From positions 4,133-68,132 of the forward strand of contig CAZGCA010000019.1 of the NCBI GenBank assembly GCA_964524145.1: a stretch of 64,000 nucleotides of DNA, read 5' to 3'. This stretch comes from an uncultured bacterium (GTDB lineage Bacteria > Hydrogenedentota > CAZGCA01). The notes under the pieces are model-generated. The model was given only the letters and a program-made list of their open reading frames with translations, searched no databases and was not told the DNA's origin. Position 1 is the stretch's first letter. Every line of letters begins with the position of its first letter. Below are positions 18,695 through 28,900 of this stretch, piece after piece. The position numbers and the translations under genes are program-made.

Positions 18695-20734
18695 ATGCGC
18701 ATCATCAAATCAACCGTAGTCCTGCTGGTTCTAACACAAGTACTGTTCGCCGGATGCAAGACTGCTTCGTTCGAGGAGGCGGCACCGGCATCTAACATAA
18801 AGCTGCCCGCCCTGTTCACTGACAACATGGTTCTGCAGCGCGAGATGAAGATGCCGGTCTGGGGATGGGCGGACCCGGGCGGAAAGGTTGCCGTGTCCAT
18901 TGACACACTGGAGGCAGAGGCCATAGCAGGAGACGACGGCAGATGGATGGCAAGGCTCGGTCCTCTGCCGGCAGGCGGCCCTTACAACCTGACCGTCGCG
19001 GGCGAGGAGACCGTAAAACTCACAAACGTGATGGTCGGCGAAGTGTGGGTTTGTTCCGGACAGTCGAACATGCAGTGGCCGGCCCGTCTCGGCAGACGCA
19101 GCGCGGCCGACGCGGAACAGGAAATTGCCGCAGCCAAACACCCGAACATCCGCCTGTTCAGCGTTCCTATGGTAACGAGTTTCGTGCCGCGGGATGACTG
19201 CAAGAGCAAGGGGTGGGCGGTGTGCAACCCGGAGACGGTGCCGGAGTTCTCGGCAGTAGGATACTTCTTCGGCAGGTATCTTCACAAACAGCTCGATGTT
19301 CCCGTGGGCTTGATCCAGAGCGCGTGGGGCGGGACGGTCGCCGAGGCGTGGACGAGCGAGTCGGCCCTGAAAACGCTGCCCGATTTCAAACCCAAGCTCG
19401 CAAGGATGGCAGCGATACTCCCACGGCTTGACGAGATGGAGAGGGAGTACCGGAGGAAAGTGGCGGATTGGGAAGCGGCTCTCGACGGGCACGACGCCGG
19501 ATACTGGAACAACGAGCCCGTTTGGGCCGAGCCCGGATTCGATGCTTCGGGCTGGGAGTCTATGGACCTGCCGCAGGTCTGGGAGAACGCTGGGCTCGAG
19601 CGGTTCGACGGGTTTGTATGGTTCCGGAAAGAGGTCGAGATACCTGCGGCCGACGCGGGAAAACCCATGACCCTTCGCCTGGGACCCATAAACGATATGG
19701 ACCGGACGTGGTTCAACGGGACCAAGGTCGGAAGCCTTGAAATCCCGAACAGATGGAATACGCCTCGGGTGTATGATGTTTCAGGGGATCTCGTGAAACC
19801 CGGCCGGAACGTCATTACCGTCCGCGTATACGATACGGGCGGCAACGGCGGCGTCTGCGGAAATGCCGAGCAACTGAAGCTGGTGGTTGCCGGAGCGGAA
19901 GAAAGCGCGATTCCGTTGGCGGGTCCGTGGCTGTATAAGCCGGGGCTCGACATGAGAACCGTTCCCGGAAAGCCGCGACCACCCGCCATACGCATGAACA
20001 ACCCGAACGTTCCGACCGTACTGCACAACGCCATGATCAGTCCGCTCATCCCCTACGGCATTCGCGGGGCAATATGGTACCAGGGAGAGTCGAACGCCGG
20101 CCGCGCCTACCAGTACCGGACGCTCTTCCCCACCATGATTCAGGACTGGCGCGCGAACTGGGAGCAGGGCGATTTCCCGTTCCTGTTCGTTCAGTTGGCG
20201 AACTTTCAACAAGTCAAACCTGAACCAGGCGACGACGAGTGGGCCGAACTCCGGGAAGCCCAGTCGATGGCTCTCTCGCTGCCGAACACCGGTATGGCCG
20301 TGACTATCGATATCGGCGAAGCGAACGATATTCATCCAAGAAACAAGCAGGACGTCGGCAAACGTCTCGGCCTCGCGGCGCGCGCCATAGTGTTCGACGA
20401 GAAGATAGTGTATTCCGGCCCCATTTATGAGTCGATGCGCGTCGAGGGCAACGCCATCCGGCTGCGGTTCAACCATGTGGGCGGCGGACTCGTGGCGAAA
20501 GGCGAGCAACTAAAGGGCTTCGCGATCGCCGGGGACGACAGAAAGTTCGTCTGGGCCGACGCGAGGATCGAAGACGACACCGTCGTCGTCGAGAGCGACG
20601 AGGTCCGGAACCCCGTAGCCGTCAGGTACGCCTGGGCTATCAACCCCGTCTGCAACCTTTACAACAAGGACGGTCTGCCCGCATCGCCGTTCCGCACAGA
20701 CGACTGGCCGGGCATCACCAGAGGCAAGAAATAG
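18695..20734 (+). CDS. Sialate O-acetylesterase-family (SASA/DUF303, SGNH-like) lipoprotein
   Basis: Lipobox 'LFAGC'. 'GEVWVCSGQSNM' (SGNH Ser motif), 'GLIQSAWGGT' and a second SASA half 'GAIWYQGESN'. Confidence 0.8.
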   Translation: MRIIKSTVVLLVLTQVLFAGCKTASFEEAAPASNIKLPALFTDNMVLQREMKMPVWGWADPGGKVAVSIDTLEAEAIAGDDGRWMARLGPLPAGGPYNLTVAGEETVKLTNVMVGEVWVCSGQSNMQWPARLGRRSAADAEQEIAAAKHPNIRLFSVPMVTSFVPRDDCKSKGWAVCNPETVPEFSAVGYFFGRYLHKQLDVPVGLIQSAWGGTVAEAWTSESALKTLPDFKPKLARMAAILPRLDEMEREYRRKVADWEAALDGHDAGYWNNEPVWAEPGFDASGWESMDLPQVWENAGLERFDGFVWFRKEVEIPAADAGKPMTLRLGPINDMDRTWFNGTKVGSLEIPNRWNTPRVYDVSGDLVKPGRNVITVRVYDTGGNGGVCGNAEQLKLVVAGAEESAIPLAGPWLYKPGLDMRTVPGKPRPPAIRMNNPNVPTVLHNAMISPLIPYGIRGAIWYQGESNAGRAYQYRTLFPTMIQDWRANWEQGDFPFLFVQLANFQQVKPEPGDDEWAELREAQSMALSLPNTGMAVTIDIGEANDIHPRNKQDVGKRLGLAARAIVFDEKIVYSGPIYESMRVEGNAIRLRFNHVGGGLVAKGEQLKGFAIAGDDRKFVWADARIEDDTVVVESDEVRNPVAVRYAWAINPVCNLYNKDGLPASPFRTDDWPGITRGKK

Positions 20735-20960
20735 GCGCCAATCCGCCTGCTGACGCTGACGGGCGAGAGTGACGCGCCGGGCTCGGGCGGAGACTCTTCA
20801 GAAAGCGGCTTCTCGGCGTTCTGCAAATAATTGTAGTTGCATTGCTTACAGTCCGGGCCGAGAAACTATCAGACGCTGGCGGCGCTTGGTGTCTTCCGCA
20901 CGTGACCCCGCACGGCGGCGTGAGATACTCGTAATGATGGCGTCAAACCAGCACTTGAGC

Positions 20961-20989
20961 TTGACAAAGACCGGATGACAGGATATTAT
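20961..20989 (+). promoter_or_regulatory. Near-consensus sigma70 promoter TTGACA-17-TATTAT upstream of the FHA-GAF-HD-GYP gene
   Basis: TTGACA at 20961-20966, 17-nt spacer, TATTAT at 20984-20989. About 65 nt before ATG 21055, which has an AAGGAGAG RBS. Confidence 0.45.
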
Positions 20990-21054
20990 CAGTAGCGAGG
21001 AGCGGGTTATCTTGCGAGCCGACACAGTCGGCAGTTGGCCGAAGGAGAGTTGAG

Positions 21055-22731
21055 ATGGTCGAGTGCCACCTAAAGATTCTTGACGGACTGTTCCAGGGCC
21101 ACGAGTATCTGATCTCAGAGCGGGCAACGATTGGTCGCGGCTCGGACAATCACATCCAGCTCGCGGACGAGCTCGTGTCCAGACACCATGCAGAGATTCT
21201 GCCGGAAGGAGACGGTTTCGTACTCCGCGATACAGAGAGCGCGAACGGCACGTTTGTCAACGGCCAACGCATTCAGGAAGCCACACTTTCGCCCGGCGAT
21301 ACGGTGAAAATCGGCGAAACAACGCTCAAGTTTCAGGCCAAGACACCGTCTGAGCCGGCTACGGATGCCGACACCTCCTTCGTATCGATGGTTGGCGAGG
21401 AGTTGGTGTCTGAGACAGAGATGGTCGAGACGGAAGTACCCGTGTCGGAGTTTACGATACCGGTGCTGGACATCGAGCGGAAGCGTCTCGATATACTGTT
21501 GCAGATCTGCCAGGAGATCCCGGCCGAACGGAACTTTGACAAGCTTTTGGACACGATCCTGGGGAACGCCTTTGAGATCGTTCCGGCTCACCGCGGTGCG
21601 GTCCTGCTGAAGGACGAGGTGTCGGGCGAGCTTACGCCTTCCTGCACGCGTATCCGCGACAAAGAGAAGGCAGGCGAGATGGTGATCAGTTCGACCGTCG
21701 TCAACAGGATAGTCCGGGAAAAGGTTGGGATGATCATCGCCGATGCCGCGAGGGACAAGCAGATTCAGGACGCCTCCAGCATCAGGCTCGAGAGAATCCG
21801 CTCAGCGATGTGTGTTCCGATCATGTATCACGGCGAGGTGCTGGGGGCGATCTACGTCGATTCGACAGGCACCATCGAGCCGTTCCGGGAACGAGATCTC
21901 CAACTGCTGATCGCCATGGCGGGGCCTGCGGCCACAGCCATCAGCAACGCCCGGTATTTGAAGACGGTCGAAGAATACGCCCGGCGGCTCGAGCGGTCGC
22001 GCGACGAGACGCTGGCGGTCGTTGCGAACACGATAGAAGGGCGAGACCACTACACCGTCGGTCATACCTGGAGGGTGACAAAGTTCGCGATGGCCTTGGC
22101 GAGACATATGGGCTGGGACGAAGGGACGCTGAAGGAGGTTGAGGTAGGCGGTGTGCTGCACGATATCGGCAAGATAGCCGTCGACGACGCCATCCTGCGC
22201 AAACCGGCGCCGCTCGATGACGAAGAGTTTGCCCAGATGAAGATACATTGCAGCAAGGGCGCAAGCATGTTGAAAGACTGCCGCGAGCTCGAGAGCGCCA
22301 TCCCTTACGTTCTGTATCACCACGAGCGATACGACGGTCGGGGGTACCCGTTCGGGCTCGCCGGCGAGGAGATTCCCCGCGAGGGGCGGCTCCTGGCTAT
22401 TGCCGATTGCTTCGATGCGATGACAAGCAACAGGCCGTACCGGAAGGCGCTCCCCTCCGAGACGGCTATTGCCGAGATTGAAGAACGCCGGGGCGAACAG
22501 TTCGACCCCGGGTATGCCGAGGCCTTCGTCGAGATCTACAAGGCAGGAAAGATCAGTTCCATCATGCAGGATTATGCCAAAGGAGAGATGTCGACATGCT
22601 GCCCCTTCTGCAGCACGTTCATACGGATTGTCGAGCAAGACCTCGAAACCAAGATCGTCGTCTGCACTGTCTGCCACCATCAGGCAAAGTTGGAGAAGGT
22701 CGGCACGGAGTGGATGAGCGAGTTGGTGTAG
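21055..22731 (+). CDS. FHA-GAF-HD-GYP c-di-GMP phosphodiesterase with C-terminal Cys4 zinc ribbon
   Basis: FHA: 'ATIGRGSDNHIQLADELVSRHHAEI...ANGTFVNGQRI'. HD: 'LHDIGKIAV'. GYP: 'HHERYDGRGYPFGL'. C-terminal 'CCPFCST...CTVCHH'. Confidence 0.85.
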   Translation: MVECHLKILDGLFQGHEYLISERATIGRGSDNHIQLADELVSRHHAEILPEGDGFVLRDTESANGTFVNGQRIQEATLSPGDTVKIGETTLKFQAKTPSEPATDADTSFVSMVGEELVSETEMVETEVPVSEFTIPVLDIERKRLDILLQICQEIPAERNFDKLLDTILGNAFEIVPAHRGAVLLKDEVSGELTPSCTRIRDKEKAGEMVISSTVVNRIVREKVGMIIADAARDKQIQDASSIRLERIRSAMCVPIMYHGEVLGAIYVDSTGTIEPFRERDLQLLIAMAGPAATAISNARYLKTVEEYARRLERSRDETLAVVANTIEGRDHYTVGHTWRVTKFAMALARHMGWDEGTLKEVEVGGVLHDIGKIAVDDAILRKPAPLDDEEFAQMKIHCSKGASMLKDCRELESAIPYVLYHHERYDGRGYPFGLAGEEIPREGRLLAIADCFDAMTSNRPYRKALPSETAIAEIEERRGEQFDPGYAEAFVEIYKAGKISSIMQDYAKGEMSTCCPFCSTFIRIVEQDLETKIVVCTVCHHQAKLEKVGTEWMSELV

Positions 22732-22887
22732 GGCGGTTTCAGCAACAAGACACGGAGGAGTGAACGTAAGGTCACGGTACAGTCAATACGCGTAACGGTG
22801 CGCCGAACTCCTGAAAAGTGCGGGAACTGGTTTGTAGAACGGAGCTTTCGGCGCCATCAACCTGGCAGCATGGGGGCTGAGCGATAG

Positions 22888-22909
22888 TCGCAACCACGAA
22901 GGGTTGCGA
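22888..22909 (+). other. Small hairpin (8-bp stem, 6-nt loop) immediately 5' of the RBS of the giant gene
   Basis: TCGCAACC-acgaag-GGTTGCGA, followed by the GGGGAGG RBS and ATG 22923. Confidence 0.35.
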
Positions 22910-22922
22910 TGGGGAGGCTTTT

Positions 22923-25900
22923 ATGGCCGAAAGACAGAGATTGTTGGTTGTAATCGCCATCGTGCTGGTCGTTGCAGCGTCCGGGGTCGTGTTGCGCGTG
23001 GGGCGGCACGCAGGTGTCGAGCCGCGCCGAGCGCCTGCTGTGGTAACGGCTGGCAGGCTGGACGAGGATGCGCTGCAACAGACGTCGTGGTGGGCCGAGG
23101 CACAGGAGAACGTTCGGGAATCCGAGTACGCGGTCACGCGGCAGGAGAGGTCTGTCGTCGAAGGCAAGCCGGGCGGGCTTCATGCCGCGAACCGCGCGCA
23201 GAATCTTCGGGCCTACTTTCGGAGGGACGGCGTTGAAGTGGTCCCGCGAACGGGCGATTCCGCCGCGTGGGAATGGAGATGGAAGCTCTCAAGCTACGGA
23301 CGAAGCGACAACACTATCCCCGTTGGCGAGGTGGAGCCCACGCATGAGAGGGATCGGGTCGAGTACGACCGTCCGGGTATCACGGAATGGTACAAGAACA
23401 CGGAAGAAGGGATCGAACAGGGTTTCACCATCCCCGAACGCCTTCAAGGAGATGGCCGCCTTGTTATCGAAGGTATCGTCGGGGCAAGTCTGCATGCTGT
23501 ATCGCCCGATTCGGGCGACCGCGTCCGGTTTCTTGACGGGAACAACGTCGAAGTCCTTCGCTACAGCAGCTTGAAAGCCTTCGACGCGATCGGCAGAGAG
23601 CTGCCCGCCGTGATGCAGCTTGCCAGGAACACCGTTCAGCTCGTGGTCGATGACACCAATGCAATCTATCCGGTCACCGTTGACCCTATCATGACGAGCC
23701 CGCAGTGGATTGCGGGGAGCAACCAGTGGGACGCCAATTCCGGGTGGTCTGTTTCGGGTGCAGGTGATGTGAACGGCGACGGATACAGCGACATAATCGT
23801 CGGGGCGTATCAGTACGACAACGGCCAGGCAGACGAGGGGGCTGCATTCGTGTTTCTGGGCTCCGAGTCCGGAATCGTAGGAGGTCCCCCGGCCGACGCG
23901 GAGGCCGTGCTCGAGTCGAACCAGGCGAATGCGTATTTCGGCTATAGTGTGTCGTGCGCCGGTGACGTCAACGGTGACGGCTATTCCGATGTGATAGTAG
24001 GGGCTGCCGGCCAGGCATACGACATATATGATTTCTCGCCATCAATGACCTACAGTTATGGCGCGTACGACAATGGCGAGGCGAACGAAGGCGGGGCGTT
24101 TGTGTTTCTGGGCTCCCCGTCTGGGATCGTAGGGAGTTCCCCAGGCGATGCCGCCGCCGTGTTGGAATCGAACCAGCCGTACGCGTTTTTCGGCTGGAGC
24201 GTATCGGGCGCAGGTGACGTAAACGGTGACGGGTACGCCGACGTGATCGTCGGGGCGCACCGATACGACCAGGGCCAGACAGATGAAGGCGGGGCGTTCG
24301 TGTTTCTGGGGTCCGCGTCCGGCATAGTGGGGAGTTCTCCGGCCGATGCCGCAGCCGTGTTGGAATCGAACCAGGCGTATGCCTATCTCGGCTGGAGCGT
24401 ATCGTACGCAGGTGACGTAAACGGCGACGGGTACGCAGACGTAATCGTCGGGGCGTATCAGTACGATCACGCCCAGACGGACGAGGGTTCGGCCTTTGTG
24501 TTCCTCGGTTCGGTGTCCGGAATCGTCGGGACCAACCCCGGCAATGCAGCGACGGCGTTGGAGTCCGACAATGAGGCGGCGCAATTCGGATACAGCGTAT
24601 CGGGGGCGGGGGACGTGAACGGTGATGGATACGCTGATGTCATTGTAGGGTCGCCTTACGACGAATACAATCCCGTTGATCCCTATGAGGTGTTGATCGG
24701 ACGCGCGTTCGTGTATCTCGGCAACTCCTCGGGATTGGAAACGGGCCCCGTGTGGACGGCCCAGGGTGTCGACAAAGAGTGCTTTGCATGGGCCGTTTCC
24801 ACAGCCGGAGACATCAACGGAGACGGGTGTGCCGACGTTATCGTCGGCGCCCCTGTCCGGAACGCGTTCCACGGTCCGGAAGACCCCGTACCTGCGGGCC
24901 GTGTGCTGGCATATCTCGGGAACTCGAGCGGTGTCTCTGCTGATCCGGTTTGGAGCGTTGAGAGCGATACGGAAGAAGCCATGCTGGGTTATAGCGTATC
25001 GAGCGCGGGCGACGTCAACGGTGACGGGTACTCCGACATCATCGTCGGCGCCCCTCTCCACAGCATTACGAAATCGAATGAGGGCGGGGCGCTTGTGTTT
25101 CATGGTGGGTGTGAACCTCCTGCCGCGAGACCGGTATGGAGGATTGAGGATTTCGTGGCGTCCGACAACTACGGGGCAGCCGTTGCAGCATTGGGAGACA
25201 TAAACGGAGACGGCTATGACGATGTAACCGTCGGCGACCCCGCCTTCCCCAATTCCGACCCCTCCTCTGAAGGGGCCGGGCGAGTGTATGTGTACCTGGG
25301 AAACAACACAGGGTTGGAGAGCGGGCCGGTATGGAGTGCGCCGGGAGGCTCGTCGGGTTCTGCCGTCGGCGGGGCCGTTTCCGGTGCCGGCGACGTTGAC
25401 GGCGACGGCCACCCCGAACTCATCATTGGAGACCCCGGCTTTGACAATCGTGGCCGTGTCCTTGTCTACGGCTGGAACGGATCGGACCTCTCACCAGTGT
25501 GGAGCGCCGAAGGCGTTGAAGCTGAAGCAGAGTTCGGCGCGTCCGTCGCAGGAGTTGGAGATGTGGACGGGGACGGGTACGCAGATGTGCTGGTCGGCGC
25601 GCCGCTATACGACGACGGGTTGTCCGACCAAGGCCGTGTCTTTGCCTACTTTGGGAGCCCGACGGGCCTCAGCACCTCGGCCAAATGGGTTGCGAGTCCG
25701 GCCCAGGCGGGCGCACGGTTCGGTACCTCGGTTGCGGGAGCGGGCGACGTCAATGGTGACGGCTATGCGGATGTCATCATCGGGGCACCATTTTGTGACG
25801 GTGCATACCCCAATGTCGGGCGTGCGTGCGTGTACCTCGGGAGCGCAGCCGGCCTGCCGGACTCCCCGGCGTGGACTGTTGACGGAGAACAGGAGGACGC

Positions 25901-28900
25901 CCAGTTCGGTTCCCGGGTCACGGGTGTAGGCGACGTCAATGGCGACGGGTACGACGACGTGCTCGTGGCAGCGCCGCTCTATGACGGCATCTTCTTTGAC
26001 GGTGGCCGCATATTCCTGTATCTCGGTAACGCGTCGGGCATCTCAAGCACACCTGTGTCGGAACAAGACGGGGCCCAAGAGGATTCCCAGCTTGGCGCAT
26101 CCGTTGCCGGGGTGGGAGACGTGAGCGGAGACGCTCTGGCAGATGTGCTTGTCGGGGAACCCGGATATGAACTCCCGCCTGAGTACGAGGGGGGTCCAAT
26201 GCAGGTTAACGGGCGGACGGTTCTGTTTGAGGGTTCCCCAGAGGGGCTCTCGTCGGCACCAACCTGGACGTGCGAGGCTGGCGCGTATTACGACATGGGA
26301 CATGCGGTGTCGGGAGCCGGCGACATGAACGGGGATGGAGCTCTCGATATGCTGGTTGGGGTTTCCGGTGACAGCCCTCATCTGTTGAATGGGTACGTGA
26401 GGTATTTTATCGGAAACGGGGGCGACGGGCCTGAGCCTAAACCGGGAATAACGCAACAAAGCGGCGACCCGGTTGGCGCACCGGGCATAGTCGTCGACGA
26501 TGGGGGGATTCGGCTTGTCATGGCAGGAAAGGTGCCACTCGGGCGCGCGGCAGTAAGACTGGAATGGGAGATCGAGCCGTACGGTACAACCTTTGACGGG
26601 TTGGAAATACGGACGAGCGACCCATGGCACGATAGCGGCCTCTTAGGGTATCCGTTTGACAGGCTTATCACCGGATTGGGAGACGCTCACGGTTTCCGCG
26701 TTCGGATGCGCTTGCTTTACGCTCCGCTTGAAGTGCTGCAACCTGGAATCACTCCGCCGCCCAATCCTTCACACAGTCCGTGGTTCTATCCTTGCTGGGC
26801 GACAGTGGGCCCTTCCGATTTTCGGGCCTCCGGCTATCGGCCTCCGACGGACCCCGGCACGGTCGTCGTCACGCAGACTGCTCTGAGCACGGTGGACGAC
26901 ATCCAGTGCACAGTGGACGCATCAAGTACCTCACCAGCCGTGCCGCCGCAACCCGTTCAGTACGAGTTTCTCTGGTCGAACGGAGAGACCAGCGTCGTGC
27001 ATGTGTCCTCATCCTTGACAGACACACTCGACGCCTCTGAAACGAGGAAACATGAGACTTGGACCTGCACGGTGCGGGCATGGGACGGAGTCCAATACTC
27101 GCACGGTGCTTCGTCGGACACGGCTCCTCAAATCGACAACACGGCGCCGTCGCAGGCGACTCTTGACTGGGTGCGCGGTTCCGGTGCGGAACCCTACGAA
27201 TACGGGCCGCTCGATACAGTCCAAATCCAGATAACGGACTACTACGACGCCGACAACGACCTGCTGGTACCGGAGTTCACATGGGAGTACTACAGGGGCG
27301 GCACGTGGAACTCACCGGACTCGACAAACGTGTCGAGCACCACACTGTCGAGCTGGATAGAATCCGGTATTCCGCAGGAAGGCGATGTGTGGAAGTGTAC
27401 GGTGCGGATGTATGATGGTGAAGCCTGGAGCGGCTCGTCGAGTCTCGAGGCAACGATATTGGAGACGGGTGTTGACGAGTTGCTGATGACTATAGCGGTA
27501 ACGCCGCAGAGCGTCACGCTTGGCGAGGGGGTGACGATCACAGGCGGCGTGAGCCCGTCAGCGGACGTAGCGATATCGTTCAAGAGCAAGGAACTAGGTT
27601 CGAGTGGCTTTTCGCGGTCTTTTCCCCAAGGCGTGACCGCGTCCTCGGGCGCATTTAGCAAATTCTTCCTGCCGGACGCGGCGTCGGAAGGCCGATCCGA
27701 CTGGGAGGTGAGAGCGGAATTCAACGGAGACGCCTACTACCGCCCCGCAACGAGCAACGAAGCGTCTTTCGCCGTGGCCAAGGCCGAACCGGAGCTCGAG
27801 CTGGACTTGTCGCATGCCACGGCCTTGGTCAATCTAGGCAACGCAGAGAGTTTCGCTGCGACGGCGACCCTGTCGGTGGACGGCTTTCCCACGGAGCTCA
27901 AACCGTTGTTGTCGGGCAAGACAATCCGGCTGTCGGTGTCGGACCCGGATGGCCAGACGCCGTATGACCCCATCGAGAAGACGACAGACTCCGATGGCGA
28001 GGTGGTGTTAACCGCCCAGGACTTCAGGGACGCATGGGATCCCTCCGATACGGACGGCATCTTCATGGAGTCGGGGGTGTGGAAGTTCAAGGCGGAGTTT
28101 GCGGGCGACGACAACTTCACGCTTGCCTCGACGCCGGACTATGACGAAACCGACGCGCGTCTTATCGTCAAGGAAGGCGCGGGCTACGCGATACTCGTGC
28201 TGGGCCGTCTCGACCAGACCGCAGAAGGTCATGACGCGCACGCCAAGACCACCGACTACATCTACCGCACGCTGGTGGATCGGGCGTTCGACCCGAGCGA
28301 CATCTACTACATGCGCGAGTACCTGGGCGACGAAAAGGAGTCGTCGGATATCGAGGTTGACGACGAGTCGCCGACCAAGGCGGACGTGCAGTATGCAATA
28401 GAGACATGGGCCTACGACGCGATATTCGATTCGCCGGCGACGTTCTACATCATCTTTGCCGACCACGGCAGCGTGGACAAGTTCCACCTGTGGTCTTCGG
28501 AGAACACCGAAGACGATGACCAGTACCTCACGCCCAATGAGCTTGACGGCTATGTTGATCTGCTCGAAACGCAACTTGGAACCGACCCGGAGATAGTGTT
28601 CATCTACGGTGCATGCCACTCGGGGAGTTGCATTCCGACCCTCTCCGCATCGAACCGGGTGCTTATCACGAGCTGCGCTGAGGACGAGATCTCGTACCGT
28701 GGGGTGGACAGCGATCCGACGGACGGTTCGGACGTGCGGGACGGCGAGTTTTTCCTGATGGAGCTGTTCCGTAACGCGGGCGCGGGCAGGTCGTTCGAGG
28801 AGTCGTTCGAGCTTGCCTCGGCCAAGACGGTCGAGTACACGGCGTCGAAGAGCAACGGGGCGTTGGCCGATGAGCCGCAGCACCCGCTGCTCGACGACGA

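Noticed and set aside
22861-22880. TGGCAG...GGGGCTG resembling a sigma54 -24/-12 element upstream of the giant gene.
   Set aside because: The -24 GG is present but there is no TTGC/GC at the correct -12 spacing. Match is too weak.
24042-25412. 456-aa ORF on the minus strand inside the FG-GAP repeat region. Similar long antisense ORFs occur at 28008-28883, 28604-29317, 29304-30149, 30056-30733 and 30633-31748.
   Set aside because: Fully antisense to the 2906-aa gene. Their proteins are low-complexity (Arg/Pro/Gly-rich), with no start or RBS context. This is the typical stop-codon-poor antisense frame of GC-rich repetitive coding DNA.
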